In this document: piece after piece, positions 25,679-38,158 of the stretch | Layout: the number at the start of each line of letters is the position of its first letter | How positions within the stretch are numbered: position 1 is the stretch's first letter | From: Lingula anatina | Lineage: Eukaryota; Animalia; Brachiopoda | DNA length: 64,000 nt | Direction: 5' to 3' | Assembly (NCBI GenBank): GCA_051362555.1 | Contig: CM120641.1 | Coordinates: 44,460,401 to 44,524,400 of the forward strand | Program-made: the position numbers and the translations under genes | The notes under the pieces: generated by a model | What the model was told of the DNA's origin: nothing | The model's input: only the letters and a program-made list of their open reading frames with translations | Database searches by the model: none

Positions 25679-28600
25679 AGCTAACTTTTCTTTCTCTAAT
25701 GACAATGTTAAAAAGTGGCAAATGCCTCCCTGTAGCTTTCCTGGCAGCTGTATTTTCCCTACTCACCTCCTTGTGTGTTACCTCAATGCACCCTCCAAGT
25801 CTACTGTTAGATTCCAGAGATTCTAATCCTGTCCTCTATACATTAAATACATTATACATTTATATCCCTCTCTGTTTTTAAAAAAAAGATCAAGACATTT
25901 TGTTACAGCTGTCAAACTTTACAATCCATGTATTTAGCTTATCCCTGGCATGGCCCCAGCTTTTTATTTCTCTCCCTGGTTGGATCTTTCAGACAGGCAT
26001 GCCACCTATAGGGATTGGGAGGGGTGGGCTGAAAATACAGCTTTGTGGTGTGGCTCATCCATTTAATCCATATAAATCTTTTCTCTAAATAACATAAACA
26101 TAATAGTTTTAAAAGATTATTCATGAAAATGATTATTTGTGGACATTACCATTCTGAAAATATTAATTTTTTTCTTGGTTTCTATAAATTTTATTGATTG
26201 ACAAGCATGACTATTTCACCTAAAGTGCCCCTTTCTCTGCATGATCAGCATGATTGATATATTCCTCTCTTCCCTGTGTTTCACGTAGCTTGAAAGGCGT
26301 CAGGAAGAGGTAGGGGGAGCCACTGAGGCAGAGGCTCCAGCACTACAGCAGCTGGCCAGCAAGTATAAAGACATCTTCCGTGACTTGGATAGTAGTCGCG
26401 AATCATTACAAGACAACTCGGTGAATTTCTTTTGCATCATACACAAGGCATATTCACAATTCTTCCTACTTCTTTTCTGTTCAGGGGCATAACTGCCTCT
26501 GTTTTTTCATCTGTTTTCAATGTTTCACTGCCTTTATATATTCTACTGTTGATGCTGCTGATGATGGTGGTAGAGGATTGGGAAATGTATTCACTTATAT
26601 ATACCATAACATACTAATGCTTCTATAGCTTTTCTTACTATTACAGGAACTGATTATTTCAATGTATATTGTCACTCAAAATTATTCATAATGCCAAAAA
26701 TATGCTTTCATTTTTCTTGCTTATTTATTTTTCCATTTATTTATTTATTTAGTTTAAAAATGGGCCAACATTTTTTTGTCTATAAACCATTTTATGTGCC
26801 TTATAATGATGTACCTGTATATTCATTGTAATTTTTTTTGTAAGTGCTACAAGGTGTGGCTTTGACTATCTTAAAATATTAGATTATGTTATATTATATA
26901 TTAATACTTATATATATAATATATTAACATTGTCTTCATTTCTCAGAAAGGTACGACCACCAAATGATTTTAATTTATCAGGGTTTTTTTTAGAATCCCA
27001 ACAGATTTTTTCTTAAATATGTAGATGAACTTTATATTTCTGTAGGTGACATTAGTAAATAGTAGAATTACATAACAGAATCTTTATTTTAACTACATCT
27101 ACTTTTTTAATAAAAACTGGTATTGTATTTTAATAACTGGTAGAATTTGGGAGTCGTAGCTGTGTGCTAGACACTGCCTCTTGAATGTCTTGTTATAAGT
27201 TTGATATTTTCAATAATTGTGCAATTATCTATAAAATAATAACTTAAAAACAATAAATCTTACATTTATTAAAATTATTTAGATCATTTAATATGTTGTT
27301 GACAATACACATTTGTGGACAATATTTTAACAGTATTTGCTAAGATTGTCATAAAGTTGAATTGCTGGCATTTGTTGACATTTGAATGAGAGTTTGTTAA
27401 CCTTTATATGAAGATTCCTCATTATTGAGTTGTTTTTATCATTACAGTTTGAAATCAAAGAAAGGCAAAGGCGAGAAGAGGAGGAATATCGCCGCCAACA
27501 TCCTGAAGAAGTACCTCCGGAGAAACCATCAATTCGGCAGAAATATATGGAGGAATTTGCACCTCCTCCAGAGTGAGTCTTTGTTTCGGATCACTGCTAG
27601 TGTCTTTTTAAAATGTGTCACCACGTAAAGTCAAGATGTCATTGTCATTATTGAACTTTTTTTTGTATGTTAATTTTTTTAATAAATCTTTTTTTCTTAC
27701 TATTTATGTTGAAACTCAAATATGCAAACTGTCAACTTTTGAATCAAAGCACTTAATATTCATTGTCACTTTGTGCCAGAGTCACATTTTATTGCTGTTG
27801 CATTTTATTGTGTTTAAGACCAGAACCTGAGGTCGAAATTAAAGCTGTTGATATAGATTATCACTGTGTCTCAGAATAGCATCAAATGGTAGTGTCTACT
27901 ATTATCTTTATTGTAATCATCCTGTGTTATAGACCAGAACCTGAGGTCCAGATTGAGGTTGCGCCAGTTGTAGAGAAAGAACCTGCCTCTGGGGATGCCC
28001 AGCCAGTGATCAATGGAGAGAAAGAACCAGAGCCAGGTTGGTCCTTTGTGTGGAGAAGTGTTGTGGTGTTTTAAGTAATGTGCACTAGATATCGATGTCT
28101 CACACACTTCACAGTATATTTTAGATTAGAGAGCAAGTTCACAATTTTTTTATCAAGTAGAATAAATGTATACTTGTACTTGTCATGTTGCTATTGTTTG
28201 ATTTTTTTCTTTTTTACACTTATCCAGTGGTGTTATTTGGATTATTTGGAGATCAACTCAGTGTTGATAGTGTTTATCTTTATTTTATTTCTAATGATCA
28301 CTTGCCATTGTTTGCCATTATGTATTCATGTACTCAGAATTCAAGCTGCTTTCAAGAATGTGCAATGCATCCTGTCTGCTCTTCTCAGATCTTTCCCCAC
28401 TCTGCTGAAAGGGGCTTCTGGTCACTGTATACAGTCTACATACAAGTAGCAGATATTATGGTTTAGGTCTTAATAGCTGCATTGAATGTCTTTATGTAGT
28501 GACGGAATAGTATACACATATGTATGCTACGCAAATATATTTAGACATCTTGCACTAATAGCATGTCAAATCAAGGTAAGACTGATAAATTATGATTATC

Positions 28601-29496
28601 TATATGGTGATGTTTCCAATCTTTTCTCAAAATCTGGCATGCATCCTAGGAGCAATTCTGTGCTGAATTTCATTAAATCTTCCACAGTAGCATGTAATCT
28701 GTTTAAAAAAACTTATAAAAAAGTGATCTGATATAGACTTTGCATCAAACAGTATTCTATGGATACCTACCCCTCTCTCATTTTACCTACAGATTTTGTG
28801 TTAGGACAAAAAATGAGCATTAAAAATTGAGTATAGAATAGCTCCACGGGTACATGCCAGGAATACTAGAGCATCTTCATAGCCTAGTTCCCAGCAGCCA
28901 AGTAGTTTCTTGTGAGGAAAATTGTGAGTATAGTGTGAGCATGACCTCCACGAAGCCCTTCAGTTCTGTATCTCTACACACACCTGCCATGGTGGGTGGG
29001 TCACAGTTGGTAACCATAGCAATGACCCAGTTCTGTTCATAGCACGGCAACGACCTGCTTTTACTAACTGTGGTTATAGAGACTGCCACCTGTATGAGTA
29101 TGGTAAATGAATTAACCCAGAACCTGTTAAGTGGCTGTGCAAGCAATGATGAAACACTCTTTGTTACTACATAGGATCCCCTGGCAAGCCTGCAGTGTAT
29201 ATCAAAGGCCTCACAAGAACACCACCAGGTGATAATGATAAAAACACTTCTAGTAGATTTCATTATAATCGATATATCTTAATTTTTGTGACAAAAAACT
29301 TTAGTAGAATATCTCTGACGTAGGGAAATGTTCCAACAACTACCTCTCCATACATTGTATGTTATATTTCTGTCATTGAAAACACATTTCATTGAGATTT
29401 GTTCTTAATATTTTATTTTAAAAATTAAAAGGGTTTTAAAGAAATCTGCTAGACTGCAAGTGAGAAATGGATTTTCAGAATGCCTTGGTCATGTTT

Positions 29497-29530
<34 letters not shown>

Positions 29531-32500
29531 CAAAATGATGTTTGATTTCTTTTATTTTATGCCACTGCATATATTTAATACTGACCCTGTTATTTTGTCA
29601 CAACTGTTTGAAACTGGACAGTGCATTAATTTGGGATTTATCAGGTTTTTATCTTTTCACTATCTGGGGCTTGTTTTTCCCTTATTAACAGACTTTCTAT
29701 ACTTGTTCCCCCATTCCCTAACCTACTTCTTGTTTTCTTAGTTAATATCATTATACCCTAAATAAAACTGGCTATAAAAAGAACAACATTTCCATTTCTG
29801 TGCTCGGGGACAAGGACTTTGACTTGCATTTTGGTTTGGGTAAATCTTTCAGAGTGTCATTAATTATAGATCTGAAGTATTTGATACAATGATATGCATA
29901 TAGCAAGGTGTGTGTTCATTACCAATATGACAGCTTTTAGTCTACTGGTATGCTGGTGGTTTATATTGATATAGTGATGATGGTTGTACCGATACTGATG
30001 ATGATGATGATGATGTTGATGATGAATGAGAGTGTATAATGGATCAGTTATGTTAGTATTTTTATTTATTCTGGAGACTGCTTTTGGCCCAAGGCTTAAG
30101 CTTATCATCAAAGCATGGGGCATATATATGCCAGATAGCTTTGCAAGGTATGTATCAATACAGCTGCATGGTGGACGCACAAGAAGCATGTTCAGATACA
30201 CCAACTGTGACTGGGGTTACCATATAGGGGAGATGAAAATATTTTGATATATCAAAGAATTGGCATTCATAAACTGGGAATATGAAAGTAAAGTTTACGT
30301 TGATATGCAAAGTTTTCTGAACAAGTTTTTGAAATATGTCCTGAAACTAAAATTTAAAAACAGTAACTCTAAAACCAAATTATCTTGCAAAAGATAAATT
30401 GGTGTCAATATACAAAACCGGATGGGAGCTTTTTCCACAGAATCGCAGAATTCTGCATTGTTCAAGTGACTTTAAAGTACATAAAACTCCAAAATTTATT
30501 TGGGTTAGGTGTTTGGTCCCATAATAAATGTATTGAGGTTTTTTGTAAAAACTAGGCTCATGTCTGCAGAATGTTCCATAACAGACAATAGTTTTACAGA
30601 GCAATCTTGATTAATATAGCGTCCTTGTAGCATATTCACATTTTTGATGCTATGCCTGTACTTACAACAATGATGTTTGACAATCTTCATAAACTTAGTA
30701 CCATCTTTACATAGTGAGATATTTTAGTAAAATATTTCTTTAGTGGGGAAGGGAAGGGCTTACTCAGTATAGTAAGATGGAAGATCCTTTTTTTCTTGAT
30801 TAGGGCTAGGCCACAAGTGTATCTGAAAAGCTTTGCATTATGCTTTTTCCTCAGCTTCCTCCTGTCTTTTTTGCTTCTTTTTCTTACCAAGAGCCTGTTG
30901 CTGATATGTTGGGGCACTGTCCTAAACTGCCTGTTGACTTCTCTTTGTCTGCATATCACCATGATACATTTGACATCATTTGCTTGGAAAAGACTGACGA
31001 AAGTTTCTTCCAAGAAAATTCCAAATTTTGCATAGATAATAACTGCCAACATTTGGTAGTAACTGAACATCACCTTATATTCTTGTATACAATTTGGTTA
31101 TGGATGTACAGGCACCATGTGAGACAAATAAAAATTTTGGATAAGTTGAACATATTCTACTTGTTTTATGCTAAAATTATGCTAACATTAGAGCTACATT
31201 AGGCTGAATGCATTTCAACATTTGGCTGATGGTATGTGGAATTTATGCCAACACATGATGACAGTACACTGAAATTATGCTTTTGTTTTACTGACAAATG
31301 GCTGAAATTATACCAAAATTTGTCTGATAATAGTCTCAAGTTATGCCAGCATTTGACTGACAGCAGGTTGAAATTGGACCTATTTTTTGACTTAACAGTG
31401 GGCTGAAAAATATGCCAGCAACTGGCTGAAATATATCTGCATTAAAACAAGATACAGACAGCAGCTAAATGTCCTCATGGTGGTATCAACAACCCTTTCT
31501 CTGTTTTTTTCTGCTATGTCTTCTACTTGTACTACTACTACTACTAGAACTTTTATTACTACATCTACCATTACCTGTGTCGCTATTTCTTGAGACCTAT
31601 TTCTTGATCCTTGAGACCTATGTGTTAAATGTTTTCTTGGTGTATTATTGTGATAGAACAACGCCAACAGCTGACTGTTTTGGAAACCACGCCACCAGAG
31701 GGCGAGGTGGGCGAACCTTCTAAGGAGGAACAAAGTGAGTGATCATGATTTATACATGTGTATATATATAAATGTATATTATATTATTGTTGTTTTCCCT
31801 GGTGATAGAATGTTGTGTTTTGATGTTGTTGACTTGGAAAGGGCACTATGATTTTTATTTATGTAAATAGGTTAAATGATTCTTCTGAGGTTCTGTCAGA
31901 GTTAGATGGACATAAAAGTTAAAGATGTTTAAGTTAAAATCACAAAACATTTTTGTGTAGATGTATCTCAAAGTGTAGAAATAACTTTGCTGCAATTGGA
32001 AATAGCAAATATTGAGCACTACAATCACTATTGTTTTAAGAAACATTTTGCACAAGCTAAATGTATATAGCTTTCCTTGATCATTAACTGCTACAAGCTC
32101 TGCTTCGTATATGAAACGTGGGCTCTGAATGATTAGGAGCATCAGTTGATTACTGAAGCTTGGTTACAAAGTGATAGGGAGCACCAAATATTATATAGCA
32201 CAAGCGGGTACATGGCAGCTTTAATATATATGGGTATATATTATCAATTGATTTTGAGGAGTTATCCTTAAAGAGATTTGGGGAAAGCTTTGATCCTTGA
32301 TTACGATCAGAAGTCTAATCAGTGAACTGCATGCTTTGCCGTCTGGGACATAAGCCATTTCAGATTCTTTTTTTTTTTTTTTTTTTTTATTCTGGGTGAT
32401 TCAGGTGGATTTGGCCCTTAGCTCACAGGTTTATTCTTATATGTGTGTTGTAACTTCTTTCTCTTCACATCTTTGAGATGGAGCTACTTTTGAAATTTGC

Positions 32501-33230
32501 AAATCAAAGTTAAGATCAGATTATGCAATCTTCCAAACCTAAGTATCATCTTCATCTGTGCATTGCTGAGGATTTTGTGTTAAAAAAGGCAAGTTGGTAA
32601 AACTGCTTTAAGGACAACAAAGGACAAGGGTGTATGGGCTCTCTTTACACAGTAGGAGGCACTTGCAGCCTTTGATCATGAACTCAATCAGATGGCCTTT
32701 GAAATAGAATTTTAAGATACTCTTGATTTTGCTTTGATCAAAATGGCAAAATTTAGACTGCTTGGCTGTGGGTGGCTTTGCTTGGTAGAAGGTAAGTGAT
32801 GGTGCTGGACACCAGGGACTTCAGATCTGCTGGAAATAGGGTACACAGTGCTTTTCATTGATTCTGAAGATTGGGAAGCTTTATATCCTGATGGATTAAG
32901 ACTACTCATAGACACATTCTCAATTTTAAAAGAATTGGGTAAATATATTGTTTCCATTAAAATATTATGATTTTCATCAAGTGCGAGATAAAGTTGGTAT
33001 TTAAGAATTTTATTGAATTTGAGGTTGTGTCAAGCTGTCTTTAATCCATTCAGTATCAAGCTTATTCTATTAGTGTGGCTATTAGGAAACTTGGGTGACA
33101 CTCTTACTTTTACATTCATTGAAGAATACTTTGCTATATAAAAAATAAACATGTTATAAACTGTAACTTTTTCTTTTCAAGAAAAGAAAAGAATGTATGT
33201 ACCTTAATTTCATATCATCTAAACTTACGG

Positions 33231-33275
<45 letters not shown>

Positions 33276-35968
33276 TACTTTTTGTTCTTGTTTGGAGAAA
33301 ACACCCAAGTTTTTCAATAAATACATTTATAAAAAAAAATTGCTTACTGGCGCACTGGTTTCCTGCAAGGGGGTGGTAGATAGTTATGTGCACACACAGA
33401 AGATTTACAAATAGATTTGATATCTCTTAGAACCTAGTAAAGGCAAGAAGCGCTCCAAGTCGGAAGAAAGGGCAAAGCAGAAGGCTGCCACTTTGCAGCC
33501 AAGAACAGGTATGATGTATTAATACAGACTGAAACAAGCTTCATCGTGTCAGGAGATGGGGGAAAGCCATGGGCTAATTTCATAGAACTATTTAAGTTCT
33601 AAAAAAGTCTTACTGAAAACTACTATGGATAACTGGCTAAGTTGCATTTCACAAATAATCTCCATGTCAGCTTGTCTCTTTCTTTCGACCCTTTGACTAT
33701 ACTTTTTGTTTTTGTAATTGTCTTAAAATGATGTATACAAAGGTGACAATGGCTCAGAATGGTTTGTCAGCTACATTTATACTGACATCTCTTCAGTAAC
33801 AAAGTTGACTACATAGTTGGCCAACATACACATGATCACATGCTCTTATAAAGAAAAAGGTTATTGATGGCAGAACACATATAAGATGGATGGCTTAAGG
33901 CCTAAGTTCTCTGAAAGAAAAGCGTTTGGTTTGTGTTTGGAATTGCCTGTTTAGGTTTAAGTTAAAGAGAACAATTGGGTTTTCTTTTCTCGTCACTGTT
34001 TCAAGATTATCTTTTACAGGTGGTAATTAGAAAAGCATGGATAGTTTCCCATTATTTAGCAACCTGAACCACTCCCGATGTGATTTTTTTCTGACCTTGA
34101 AAGAGCTCATCAAATATTGGCATTGGAAATGTTTCTTCATAGATATATCCTCATATTGTACTTTTTTTCAGCATTTGAAGGAATGTTAATGGAGCTGAGG
34201 ACTGTTTCACAACAGTGCTTCACACAGAATGTTGTCTTCACTTTAAGGCCAAACTTTTGTATTGCTTTGGGCCAATACATATTGGGAACAGTATCAGTCC
34301 ATAAAAATGAAATATTGTCTGTTTTATAAAAGGAAAGACATGGTTTTTGTTGTAGACCAACTGTTACTGTATTTTAGTGGACTGTGGAGTACTTGGCCTG
34401 GATTGACATAGATTAATATCTATTACAAATGAAGACCAACTAATGGTCTTTGGTTCCTTTGTGAAACTGGTACTTGATTTGATTTCAAAGATTAGAGAGA
34501 GAGAGAGAGAGAGAAAGTATGTCCACTAATACACAGTGTGATATATTACAGAGCCAGCACCAGAAGGCCAAGAACAAAAAGAACACCTGGAAGGAGTCCT
34601 GACTAGAAAACATGAATGGGAAAGTGCCACAAAGAAAGCTTCTAATAGGTAAATAGCTCTCGTAGAAATTCAAAATGCGGTATGCAGGAGGCCAAGTATG
34701 TTTGGTTTTTCATAATTTTGCCACTTTTATCTGTTAACACACCAAGCACTTTGTATTATCTGTCAACATAGATTATAACTTTTATTTTAATCCAGAGTTT
34801 CTCAAAGTCCAACCTTGCCATTCATTGTAATATTATAATTTAATACCTAATGGAATAAAACTGTTATCATTATCTGTGAGATCACCACGCATACTTTTAA
34901 TAAATGATGTTTTCACTGGTTTTATGGTCAAATAGAGAAAAAGGAAACCTCTTATCTGTGTGTCAATCTGCATCACTCTTCTTCTGTCTGCAAAACATGT
35001 CAGCTTCCACCAAGTCTATATAATTGTATATGGTCTACTTCAGGTCATGGGACAAGGTATACTGTGTACTGGACGGGCAGGCCCTAGCCTTCTACAAGGA
35101 CCAGAAACACTATCAAGCAGTGAGTGTGACATGTCTTATTGTACAGGAGTTACTGGACCCTCTGTTCTTTGAATATCCCCACTTTTAACCATATAATTAA
35201 GTTAGTAAAGTAATAATGTGTGTATGATAAAACTTTTACATATGAAATTATTGCTGAATGCAAATTATGAATATTACATTCTTTAGATGTGAAATTAAAA
35301 AAAAGTTAAATATGATATGAATTTTACCTGGTTTCAGAATTTTACTCCAACACCTCAAATCTATATCTTTTCACATTTCAGAACCCAACTGCTTATATCC
35401 ACCATGAACAACCCCTTTCCCTAGAGGGCTCCATTGCTGAGGTGGCCTCTGATTACCACAAACGTTCCCATGTGTTTAGGATGAAGATGGGCAATGGAGG
35501 AATTTACTTGTTCCAGTGCCATAATGATGTAAGTTGATGAGAAAGAGAGAGAGAGAGAGAGAGGAAATACATAGATATAATTCAATAGAGGAATCTATAC
35601 CAGCTGTTCTAGTTAATACTCTAAATGCTATGAGCGGAATATATCTGTTCCACTGTCATAATGGGGTAAGGTGTATGAGTGAGAGGGGAGGGATACAAAA
35701 ACACTCTTGAAGAAAACACATCCATGCTGTGTGTGTTAAAAGACTTAACAGTTTAGGCTGTGGTACAATACTAGCACATCTGACCCCAGAGATTTCTACA
35801 TTTCAGGATGAGCTAAACACATGGGTCCAGAAGCTGTGTGCAGTGACAGGAACACAACCCTCAGAGGCTCGGTCTCAAACCTTGCCAGCCAAAGGCAGTC
35901 AGTCTCCAGGCAGAGAAAAGAAGGACGAATCCAAACGTCGCAGTCTCTTCACACTGAAGAAAAAGTAA
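4314..35968 (+). CDS. SPTBN1: Spectrin beta chain (conventional, PH-domain-containing), 5'-partial; CH1 exons lie upstream of the window
   Basis: 42 GT-AG exons with consistent phases: 4314-4486, 4878-4993, 5162-5274, 5640-5827, 6018-6200, 6474-6731, 6905-7043, 7393-7558, 7908-8152, 8541-8741, 9181-9297, 11782-11859, 12486-12650, 12918-13123, 13636-13732, 14093-14221, 14671-14787, 14992-15270, 15552-15641, 15918-15995, 18102-18277, 18549-18639, 18906-19052, 19276-19539, 19875-20192, 20405-20605, 21021-21229, 21525-21729, 21962-22225, 22578-22933, 23127-23265, 24234-24318, 24487-24578, 24846-24950, 27448-27572, 27933-28036, 31657-31734, 33431-33508, 34552-34648, 35044-35119, 35382-35528, 35807-35968. 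Diagnostic peptides: [17 protein letters not shown]...[23 protein letters not shown] (CH2), [61 protein letters not shown] (repeat 17), [27 protein letters not shown] (PH), C-terminus [11 protein letters not shown] then TAA TAG. The symbol denotes the vertebrate co-ortholog. Confidence 0.97.
4553..4612. repeat. (TTTA)n microsatellite
   Basis: About 14 perfect TTTA units in a beta-spectrin intron. Confidence 0.95.
10104..10139 (+). CDS. Putative alternative 36-nt beta-spectrin exon ([12 protein letters not shown])
   Basis: Acceptor ttgtag, donor gtgagt, phase 0/0. The peptide parallels the first 12 aa of the downstream exon ([12 protein letters not shown]). TGCATG occurs at 10074 and 10145. 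Confidence 0.6.
16521..16547 (+). CDS. Putative 27-nt beta-spectrin microexon (TTIGTLDKQ)
   Basis: Long pyrimidine tract plus cacag acceptor, CAG|gtaatg donor, phase 0/0 matching the flanking exons. TGCATG occurs at 16583 and 16670. Confidence 0.6.
23385..23990 (+). mobile_element. 5'-truncated non-LTR retrotransposon (CR1/L2-group LINE 3' end) inside a beta-spectrin intron
   Basis: ORF 23371-23790 encodes an ORF2 C-terminal-type segment (LNRARVGC...[17 protein letters not shown]...LLYG-like FLYG). AATAAA at 23978. The 15-bp direct repeat TATGTACAAAAGGTA sits at 23370-23384 and 23991-24005. Confidence 0.85.
25198..25362 (+). CDS. Alternative beta-spectrin exon A after repeat 17 ([13 protein letters not shown]...[10 protein letters not shown])
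   Basis: Acceptor ttttctag, in frame with the preceding exon (...RLTT), coding-like composition, possible donor gtaata at 25363. Read-through stop at 25501-25503. Confidence 0.7.
25633..25676. repeat. (CT)n microsatellite
   Basis: About 21 CT units. Confidence 0.95.
26289..26420 (+). CDS. Alternative beta-spectrin exon B after repeat 17 ([10 protein letters not shown]...RESLQDNS)
   Basis: Pyrimidine tract plus cacgtag acceptor, phase 0, 44 open codons, donor gtgaat. Begins with the same LERRQ as exon A. Confidence 0.7.
31165..31440. repeat. Degenerate minisatellite, unit about 33-34 bp (core GCTGAAATTATGCCAACATTTG)
   Basis: Variants of ctgaaattatgc/ccaacatttg recur at roughly regular spacing. 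Confidence 0.55.
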
Positions 35969-36167
35969 TAGAAAAAAAAATTAACTGTACACACACATCA
36001 CACTTGTTGATAAACATTCTTGAGTGTGTGTCTTTGCTGCGACTCATCAATTCTGCCTTGATTGACAGACTATTCTGCCTTAGAAATTAGCTTTGTGTGT
36101 GCAAATGATTTGAACCCATGCTTGACAAGAAGAAGAAAGTAATGTGTTCAATCATGCAGTGTGCTTC

Positions 36168-36198
<31 letters not shown>

Positions 36199-38152
36199 TC
36201 TCAGTTCAGTGCAATTTGTGTAATGCACTGGTGAAAAAAGGGGAAAAAAGATTTCTATGGAGCTGGGAGTCAATTGACCATATATCTTGGGTGTTCCAGT
36301 ACCACCGAAGCTCAAGGAATTAGAGCACTCAAATGCTAAGAAGAAGGACAAGAAAGGAATTGAAACTAAACACTGTGTGTCCTGTTCTTCACTTTTCTCA
36401 TCACAGTGGCTGAGATAGACTGCTCACCACCTTGTCTAACTCTGAGAGCGGCCACTTCACAATGACTCACTGCCATTGATTTTTACAAACTGCAGTTTTG
36501 AAGCTGAGTGTGTTGTGTCTATCTCTTTGATGTTGCAGTCTTCAAGCACCTGTATGGAGACATTCCTGGTCTATCTTTTCAGATTTAACAGCTTCATTAT
36601 AGTAATAGAAAGTTAGTTATAACGATACCTTGCCATATTTACAGTGGATTCTAGAATTAAGGCTACGTTGAAGTTGACGACTGTGAAGAGTGCACCACTT
36701 TTTTTATCACTTCATAGAAAATGAGCTAGCACTAGCGTCACACTCCAAATGTATATAACACATATATATGTAACCAAAGATATGTATGAATGTGTGGTGT
36801 AATTATATCACGGAGACAGCACCCATTATTTCTTGTAAACCCAGGAAAAGAATAGAAAAAGTGGAGGACTCTTCTCAGTCTTTAAGTATGAAACTCTGAA
36901 ATTAAGAATTTCAAAAAGTTTTATGTAGAACACACAATCAACCAGTTTTTTTGCATTTTGGTAGATTCAGGGAGATCTATTCAATTTAGCATTTTTTTGG
37001 ATCGTCTTTTGACTTTAATCTTATATTCTTATTAATGACAGCTTCTTTTTTATGTTGAAAATTATATTTTATCCAAAGAGTTAACTTGCCTAAAAGATTT
37101 TATTGGAATAGTCTTTATATCATTTAGTACTTGGGATTTGTAGAACTTGTCTCGTTTATTATTATTATTGTGTTTTTAGTGTATTTTTGTTGCTTATGAT
37201 TGCAGCGTGTAAATAGAGCTAGTGCTAGCTGCCTGCAGAGACAGAGAATGGAAGAGTGTGCCCTTTTCAAGACCCTCATATCATCTTACAGCAACTTTTA
37301 ACAGCTGAGAGAGACTTCCACCATTTAATACAGAGGAATGTACTTGGTTACTTGGCCAGGCTTAGCCTTTCGCTTGTACAGTCATATTTGAATGGAGTAG
37401 AAGTTATTAATTCAAACAGATCATATATCCATATTGAATGGCATTGTGCAAAATTTTGAAGTGCTTATCCAAAACTTTAAGATTTATTAACTTGTGTAGG
37501 GTATGAAATTAGTTTAATGAGTATAGATGTATGTATGTAGATTTTTTTAAATGTATTGTTATCATCTGTGCTAAAGCTTGAAATATTAGTCTTAAGACTT
37601 TGCTGTCATTTGCCAATGGAAAAGATGGCATCTTAAAAGACTTACAAATGAAAGAATGAAGCTTAGATGAACAGGCTAAAAGCTTTAAATTTGTGGTTTC
37701 TGGGGCTTCAGTGTGTTATGTATTATATATATATGAATATATCAACCGTTGTATGTTGCCAAATGTTACATGTTTTCTCCCTCTGAGAAATGGTCAGATC
37801 ATTTCATTATCATAGGTTTGAAGATTCCCAATACTCCAGATGCCCAGGGAGAAGGGGAAGATGTGAACAAGATTTCTTAATGTATCTTGTGTACATTAAA
37901 TTTTGTTGTAGATCCAGTGTCTTAATAAGATGTGTCATATATGAACAATTTCCCTATGTAGACATAGTTTTGAATTCAATCTATTGTGTAAGTCAGCTGA
38001 GGTAATGTTGACCATGATTCCCAAAATCTGCTTGTGTTAATCTATTTGGAAGATTTTTCTTCTTTTTTTATCTTTTAATTATGTCGAGTATCACAGCCCA
38101 TGACAGTCTTTAGTTGCTGCTGTTTAGTTTTTGTAATGTAAGGCATCCATTT

Positions 38153-38158
38153 AATAAA
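38153..38158 (+). terminator. Candidate polyadenylation signal of beta-spectrin (about 2.2-kb 3' UTR)
   Basis: AATAAA at the end of an AT/GT-rich UTR-like stretch. A second AATAAA near 38304 is an alternative. Confidence 0.4.

Noticed and set aside
28840-29230. GC-richer intronic block with an X-box-like GTAACCATAGCAAT and a 128-aa minus-strand ORF
   Set aside because: Probably a decayed repeat. I see no termini, TSD or recognisable protein motif to support a call.
29860-30204. His-rich ORF, and poly-Phe/poly-Lys ORFs at 29460 and 33154-33393
   Set aside because: These are translations of (GAT)n and poly-T simple repeats.
36139-36210. Poly-T plus CAG in the spectrin 3' UTR as a further coding exon
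   Set aside because: It lies after the conserved C-terminus and tandem TAA TAG stops, and no meaningful frame follows.
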